Source of the DNA: Bacteroidota bacterium
GTDB taxonomy: Bacteria; Bacteroidota; Bacteroidia; Chitinophagales; CAIODY01
Assembly (NCBI GenBank): GCA_046051225.1
Contig: JBJOOR010000009.1
Coordinates: forward strand, 40,835 to 104,834
Direction: 5' to 3'
Length of the DNA: 64,000 nt
The position numbers were made by a program, and so were the translations under genes. The notes under the pieces were generated by a model that was not told the origin of the DNA, did no database searches, and saw nothing but the letters and a program-made list of their open reading frames with translations. Shown piece after piece: positions 58,921-64,000 of the stretch (within the stretch, counting starts at the first letter, position 1; each line of letters opens with the position of its first letter).

Positions 58921-60708
58921 ATGAAAAACATAAGAAATTTCTGCATCATTGCACATATTGACCACGGCAAAAGTACGCTTGCCGATAGATTATTAGAAAC
59001 TACCAAAACCGTTACCCAACGGGAGATGCAAGCCCAAGTGTTGGATGATATGGACTTGGAAAAAGAACGTGGCATCACCATTAAAAGCCATGCTATTCAA
59101 ATGGATTTGGTGTTGAGAGGCGAAAAATATGTTCTCAATTTAATTGATACGCCCGGTCATGTTGATTTCAGTTATGAAGTGAGCCGTGCCATTGCTGCTT
59201 GCGAAGGCGCATTGTTGTTGGTGGATGCCACACAAGGCATTCAAGCGCAAACTATCAGCAACCTGTATCTGGCTATGGATAGTGGTTTGGAGATAATTCC
59301 TGTCATCAATAAAATTGACATGGATGGTGCGATGATTGAAGAAGTGAAAGACCAAATTGTTGATTTAATTGGTTGCGACAGAGATTTAATTATGACAGCC
59401 AGCGGCAAAACTGGTTTGGGTGTTCCTGAAATTTTAGAAGCCATTGTGGCTCGTATTCCTTCGCCAAAAGGCAATGTAGATGCACCTTTGCAAGCTTTGA
59501 TATTTGATTCGGTGTACAATTCTTTTCGTGGCATTATTGCCTATTTCAAAATCATGAATGGTACGTTGAAAAAAGGTGACAAAGTGAAATTTGTAAATAC
59601 CGACATGGAATATTTTTGCGATGAAGTGGGTGTTTTAAGAATGAAGCTTTCGCCTCAACCACAATTGAGTGCAGGCGATGTAGGCTATATTATCACTGGC
59701 ATAAAAGATAGCCACGAAGTAAAAGTTGGCGATACGATTACTGTTGTAAATAATCCTTGCGAAAAAGGAATTGATGGCTTTGAAAACGTGAAGCCAATGG
59801 TGTTTGCAGGTGTTTACCCGATTGACACTGATGATTATCAAGAGCTTCGTGAAAGCATTGATAAATTAAGATTGAATGATGCATCATTAACTTACGAGCC
59901 TGAAAGTAGTGCTGCGCTTGGCTTTGGATTCCGTTGCGGATTTTTAGGATTGCTGCACATGGAAATTGTGCAAGAAAGATTAGAACGTGAATTTAACATG
60001 ACGGTGATTACAACCATTCCAAACGTAAGCTACATCGCATACACCAGCGATGGAAAAAAGCATATCGTCAACAATCCATCCGAATTTCCTGACCCTAGTA
60101 AACTTGATTATTGCGAAGAGCCTTTCATCAAAGCATCTATTATTTCAAAGCCCGAATATATTGGTGCGATTATGAAATTGTGCATGGATAAACGTGGCAT
60201 TTTGATGAATCAAACTTACTTAACTACGACAAGAATTGAAATGATTTTTGAATTGCCTTTGGCAGAAATCGTTTTCGATTTTTATGATAAATTAAAGTCT
60301 ATAAGCCGCGGCTATGCTTCGTTTGACTATCATCCATTAGATTATCGAACTGCTGATATTGTAAGAATGGATTTGAAATTAAATGGCGAACCAGTTGACC
60401 CATTATCAGCATTAATTCACCATTCAAGAGCGCATGCTTTTGGCAAACAAATTTGTGAAAAGTTGAAAGAATTATTGCCACGTCAGCAATTTCAAATTGC
60501 TATTCAAGCAGCCATTGGCGCAAAAGTTATTGCTCGTGAAACCATATCGGCAATGCGAAAAGATGTAACTGCTAAATGTTATGGTGGTGATATTTCTCGT
60601 AAACGAAAATTATTAGAAAAACAAAAAGAAGGTAAGAAAAAAATGAAACAGATTGGTTCGGTAGAAGTGCCACAATCAGCATTTATGGCGGTATTGAAGT
60701 TGGATTAA
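58921..60708 (+). CDS. lepA: translation elongation factor 4
   Basis: [23 protein letters not shown]1 motif, [12 protein letters not shown], and the LepA-specific C-terminal domain. Confidence 0.97.
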   Translation: MKNIRNFCIIAHIDHGKSTLADRLLETTKTVTQREMQAQVLDDMDLEKERGITIKSHAIQMDLVLRGEKYVLNLIDTPGHVDFSYEVSRAIAACEGALLLVDATQGIQAQTISNLYLAMDSGLEIIPVINKIDMDGAMIEEVKDQIVDLIGCDRDLIMTASGKTGLGVPEILEAIVARIPSPKGNVDAPLQALIFDSVYNSFRGIIAYFKIMNGTLKKGDKVKFVNTDMEYFCDEVGVLRMKLSPQPQLSAGDVGYIITGIKDSHEVKVGDTITVVNNPCEKGIDGFENVKPMVFAGVYPIDTDDYQELRESIDKLRLNDASLTYEPESSAALGFGFRCGFLGLLHMEIVQERLEREFNMTVITTIPNVSYIAYTSDGKKHIVNNPSEFPDPSKLDYCEEPFIKASIISKPEYIGAIMKLCMDKRGILMNQTYLTTTRIEMIFELPLAEIVFDFYDKLKSISRGYASFDYHPLDYRTADIVRMDLKLNGEPVDPLSALIHHSRAHAFGKQICEKLKELLPRQQFQIAIQAAIGAKVIARETISAMRKDVTAKCYGGDISRKRKLLEKQKEGKKKMKQIGSVEVPQSAFMAVLKLD

Positions 60709-60714
60709 AGCATA

Positions 60715-60763
60715 ATTAACCACAGAGGCACTTCCGAACGTTCGGAAGTGCTTCTGTGGTTAA
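60715..60763. repeat. 49-nt near-perfect palindrome (hairpin) between lepA and folD
   Basis: TTAACCACAGAGGCACTTCCGAAC / GTTCGGAAGTGCTTCTGTGGTTAA: 24-nt arms with one G-U position, centre AACGTT. Only A-rich sequence follows on the plus strand. Confidence 0.85.
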
Positions 60764-60778
60764 TAAAAAAAATAATTA

Positions 60779-61642
60779 ATGGAATTGCTCGACGGAAAAT
60801 TTTTATCAGCACAAATAAAAGAAGAAATCAAATTGCAGATTGATGGTTTGAAATCTGAAGGTAAACGAGTGCCTAATTTGGTTGCTGTAATTGTTGGTGA
60901 TAATCCTGCATCACAAACTTATGTAGCCAGCAAAGCAAAAAACTGTGATGCTGTTGGAATGCAATCTTCTGTAAAAACATTGCCCGAAAATATTTCTGAA
61001 GCTGAATTATTTAATGTGATTTCTGAATTAAATATGGATAAGGCAGTTGATGGATTTATTGTTCAACTTCCATTACCAAAACATATTTCAGAAAAAAAGA
61101 TCATTGAAGCCATTGCACCTGATAAAGATGTAGATGGTTTCCATCCAATCAACTTAGGTAAATTAATGTTGGGTGAAGACACATTTATTCCAGCAACACC
61201 TATGGGAATAATGGAAATGTTAAAGCGTTATCAAATTGAAACCAAGGGTAAAAATGCTGTTGTAATTGGAAGAAGCAATATAGTTGGAACTCCAATTTCA
61301 TTGTTGCTTTCAAGAAATACAAATCCTGGCAACTGTACAGTTACTCTATGTCATTCATCAACAAAAAATTTAAAGGAAATATGTCAATCGGCTGATATAA
61401 TTGTGGCAGCCATTGGTAAAAAGAATTTCGTAACGGCAGATATGGTTAAAGATGGAGCTGTAATAATTGATGTGGGCATTAACAGAATAGCAGGCGAAAA
61501 GAAAATTTATGGCGATGTTGATTTTGAAAATGTAGCGCCTAAATGTTCGTACATAACGCCAGTACCAGGTGGTGTAGGATTAATGACCATAGCGGCTTTG
61601 ATGCTGAACACAATTAAATCTTATCAAAATAAAAATTTATAA
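60779..61642 (+). CDS. folD: bifunctional methylenetetrahydrofolate dehydrogenase/cyclohydrolase
   Basis: LVAVIVGDNPASQTYV, DGFHP.N.G and PGGVG motifs. Confidence 0.95.
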   Translation: MELLDGKFLSAQIKEEIKLQIDGLKSEGKRVPNLVAVIVGDNPASQTYVASKAKNCDAVGMQSSVKTLPENISEAELFNVISELNMDKAVDGFIVQLPLPKHISEKKIIEAIAPDKDVDGFHPINLGKLMLGEDTFIPATPMGIMEMLKRYQIETKGKNAVVIGRSNIVGTPISLLLSRNTNPGNCTVTLCHSSTKNLKEICQSADIIVAAIGKKNFVTADMVKDGAVIIDVGINRIAGEKKIYGDVDFENVAPKCSYITPVPGGVGLMTIAALMLNTIKSYQNKNL

Positions 61643-61648
61643 AATTAT

Positions 61649-63418
61649 ATGAAACAGTTTTTCAAAATCGTATTAGGCAGCATGGTAGGTTTTATTGTTG
61701 CCGCAGGATTATTTACCATTTTAATGTTCATCATTATTGCTGCCATTATTTTGAGCAGTAAAAAATCTGAACAATCAGAAGCCGAACCGCATTCGGTTTT
61801 AACCATTAATTTGAATAAACCAATTGCCGAACGCATGGATTATTCGGATATTAATTTTAGCTCCATTTCAAATTTAGCTACGGCAAAAAATTTAGGATTA
61901 AAAGAACTTACAGCCAATATTCGCAAAGCAAAAAATGATGAATTTATAAGCGGAATTTTTATTGATACCAGAATGGTTGAATCGGGTTGGGCTACTTTAG
62001 AAGCTTTAAGACGTGAATTAATTGAATTCAAAAAATCTAAAAAATTTATTATTGCTTATGGCGAAGTGATGACGCAAAAAAGCTACTACATAGCCAGTGT
62101 AGCCGATAAGGTGTATTTAAACCCAAGTGGATTAATGGAATTTTCGGGCATGAGTGTAAATATTATGTTCTTAAAAGGCACATTAGATAAATTAGGAATT
62201 GAACCTCAAATATTTTATTGTGGTAAATTTAAAAGTGCTACCGAGCCTTTGCGTTTAACAAAAATGAGTGATGCCAATAGATTGCAGACAACAGAATTTA
62301 TCAATTCGTTCTACTCACATTTTATGAAAAATATTGCTGATAGTCGCAAAATGAATTACGATTCATTAGATAATATTAGTAAAGAATTATTGGTTCGTAA
62401 CCCTGCATCAGCCTTAAAATATGGCTTAGTAGATGGCTTAAAATATTATGATGAAGTATTAGCAGAGTTGAAAAAAACATCGGGTACGGATGAAAAAAAT
62501 CCAAAATTTGTTTCGATTGAAAACTATGATAATATGAATGGTGGCGAAAAATTTAGTTCATCAAAAAATAAAATTGCGGTGGTATATGCCGAAGGCGATA
62601 TTGTTGATGGGCAAGGTGATGACGATAATATTGGTGGCGAAAAATTTGCCGAAATGATTCGTAAAATACGCCAAGATGAAAAAGTAAAAGCGCTGGTAAT
62701 TCGTGTTAATTCGCCAGGTGGAAGCGCATTGGCAAGCGATATTATGTGGAGAGAAATTATGTTGGCTAAAAAGAAAATGCCTGTTGTAATCAGTATGGGC
62801 AATTATGCTGCAAGTGGCGGCTATTATATTTCTTGCGCTGCCGATTCAATTTTTACCGAGCCTAATACTTTAACAGGTTCAATTGGTGTATTTGGCATTT
62901 TGCCATGTATGGAAAATTTCTTACATGATAAATTGGGCATTACACACGATGGTGTAAAAACAGGTAAATACAGCGATATGCCTAACTTAACCCGTCATTT
63001 AAATGATGATGAAAAACGAATTATTCAAGCTGGCGTTGATACTATTTATAGCGATTTTTTAAATCGTGTGGCTCAAGGTCGTCATAAAACAAAAGCCGAA
63101 ATTGACAGCATTGCACAAGGCAGAGTTTGGAGTGGTGAAAAAGCAATATCAATTGGTTTGGTAGATAAATTAGGAAATTTAGATGCGGCAATTGCTTGCG
63201 CAGTAAGGGCTGCAAAGGTTAAAGATTTTTCGGTAACAAATTATCCAAGTCGTGAATTTGGTGTAAAAGAAATTTTATATCAAATGGGCGAAAGCAAAAA
63301 ACAATCGTATATAAAAGCCGAATTGGGCGAATATTATCAAGTATTTGAACAATTACAATTCATCAAAAAATGGAATGGTGTTCAGGCTCGTTTGCCATTC
63401 GAAATGGATATTCGTTAA
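61649..63418 (+). CDS. sppA: signal peptide peptidase SppA, 67K type
   Basis: N-terminal TM anchor and two S49 domains, the second with GNYAASGGYYISCAAD. Confidence 0.9.
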   Translation: MKQFFKIVLGSMVGFIVAAGLFTILMFIIIAAIILSSKKSEQSEAEPHSVLTINLNKPIAERMDYSDINFSSISNLATAKNLGLKELTANIRKAKNDEFISGIFIDTRMVESGWATLEALRRELIEFKKSKKFIIAYGEVMTQKSYYIASVADKVYLNPSGLMEFSGMSVNIMFLKGTLDKLGIEPQIFYCGKFKSATEPLRLTKMSDANRLQTTEFINSFYSHFMKNIADSRKMNYDSLDNISKELLVRNPASALKYGLVDGLKYYDEVLAELKKTSGTDEKNPKFVSIENYDNMNGGEKFSSSKNKIAVVYAEGDIVDGQGDDDNIGGEKFAEMIRKIRQDEKVKALVIRVNSPGGSALASDIMWREIMLAKKKMPVVISMGNYAASGGYYISCAADSIFTEPNTLTGSIGVFGILPCMENFLHDKLGITHDGVKTGKYSDMPNLTRHLNDDEKRIIQAGVDTIYSDFLNRVAQGRHKTKAEIDSIAQGRVWSGEKAISIGLVDKLGNLDAAIACAVRAAKVKDFSVTNYPSREFGVKEILYQMGESKKQSYIKAELGEYYQVFEQLQFIKKWNGVQARLPFEMDIR

Positions 63419-63436
63419 TCTTAAAACTCATTACTG

Positions 63437-64000
63437 ATGAAGCTTATAGGTTATATTTTGTTTTTAATTTTTGCTATTCCATTTTCTTATTTACCATTAA
63501 AAGTGCTCTATCTTTTTAGTGATTTTTTGTATTTAGTTATATACAAAATAGTGGGTTATAGAAAAAAAGTGGTGAGGCAAAACTTAGTAAATTCATTTCC
63601 CGAAAAAACAATTGCAGAAATAATTTCGATTGAAAAAAAATATTACCACAACCTTTGCGATTGGATAATTGAAACTATTAAATTATTCAGTATTTCGGAA
63701 GCTGAATTGAAGCAACGAATGAAATTTACGGATGAAGAAAAATGGAATTCGTATTACGTAGAAAACAAACATATTATAATGGCTGCAGGTCATTACAATA
63801 ATTTTGAATGGGGAGCACAGCGCATTTCATTAAATGAAAAAATAAAAGTGGTGGGTTTATTTACACCTTTATCTAATTCATATTTCAATACATTTATTTT
63901 AAAAAATCGTTCCCGATTTGGTGCTATAATGGTTGCTTCAAAAGAAATTAAAAATTTTATCAACCAATTATTAACCGAAAAATATGCCTTTGGATTTGTA
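63437..64000 (+). CDS. lysophospholipid/lipid A acyltransferase family protein (3' end outside window)
   Basis: Hand translation from the ATG at 63437 is open to the window end: MKLIGYILFLIF...RKKVVRQNL..SFPEK...AAGHYNNFEWG. It carries the HX4(D/E) motif context of LpxL/HtrB-type acyltransferases. Not listed in the ORF track. Confidence 0.7.
   Translation, partial: MKLIGYILFLIFAIPFSYLPLKVLYLFSDFLYLVIYKIVGYRKKVVRQNLVNSFPEKTIAEIISIEKKYYHNLCDWIIETIKLFSISEAELKQRMKFTDEEKWNSYYVENKHIIMAAGHYNNFEWGAQRISLNEKIKVVGLFTPLSNSYFNTFILKNRSRFGAIMVASKEIKNFINQLLTEKYAFGFV

Overview
AT-rich chromosomal segment that looks like Bacteroidota. The evidence is a T9SS C-terminal sorting domain, many TAnnTTTG -7 promoter boxes with no Shine-Dalgarno sites, a DUF1599-folP pairing, and a BT_3928-like DoxX fusion. 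Most of the window is tightly packed housekeeping: recF, trxA, ligA, TPP riboswitch-thiS-thiC, tRNA-Lys(UUU), polX, clpP, panB, prmC, rpe, prmA, folP, aspartate kinase, lepA, folD, sppA, and acyl-CoA metabolism genes. Five stretches are not ordinary. (1) A 715-bp gene-free spacer between convergent genes (33154-33868) carries five same-orientation copies of a small GCG-N8-CGC hairpin unit with one compensatory stem change, plus TG-rich tracts and GGGTTAAAT-like motifs; this is my top candidate for an undescribed ncRNA or binding-site array. (2) Directly after thiC sits an accessory insert of two ORFan membrane/coiled-coil proteins and an orphan Arch_ATPase-type ATPase gene. The ATPase gene is bracketed exactly by 35-bp inverted repeats matching at 33 of 35 positions. 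(3) A seven-gene minus-strand glycan-modification operon (GT4, FemAB-like, PIG-L, GNAT, MaoC, WbqC, WecB) has a composition I cannot assign to a known pathway. (4) Three long palindromic hairpins share a GAACGTT core and sit just 3' of plus-strand genes. (5) Smaller oddities are a Cys-rich membrane protein, an in-frame TAA splitting a small gene, and mutually exclusive hairpins in the thiS-thiC spacer. No CRISPR array, transposase, integrase, rRNA or recognisable named defence system was seen. All functional calls rest on motifs read by eye from the translations, and no database search was possible.
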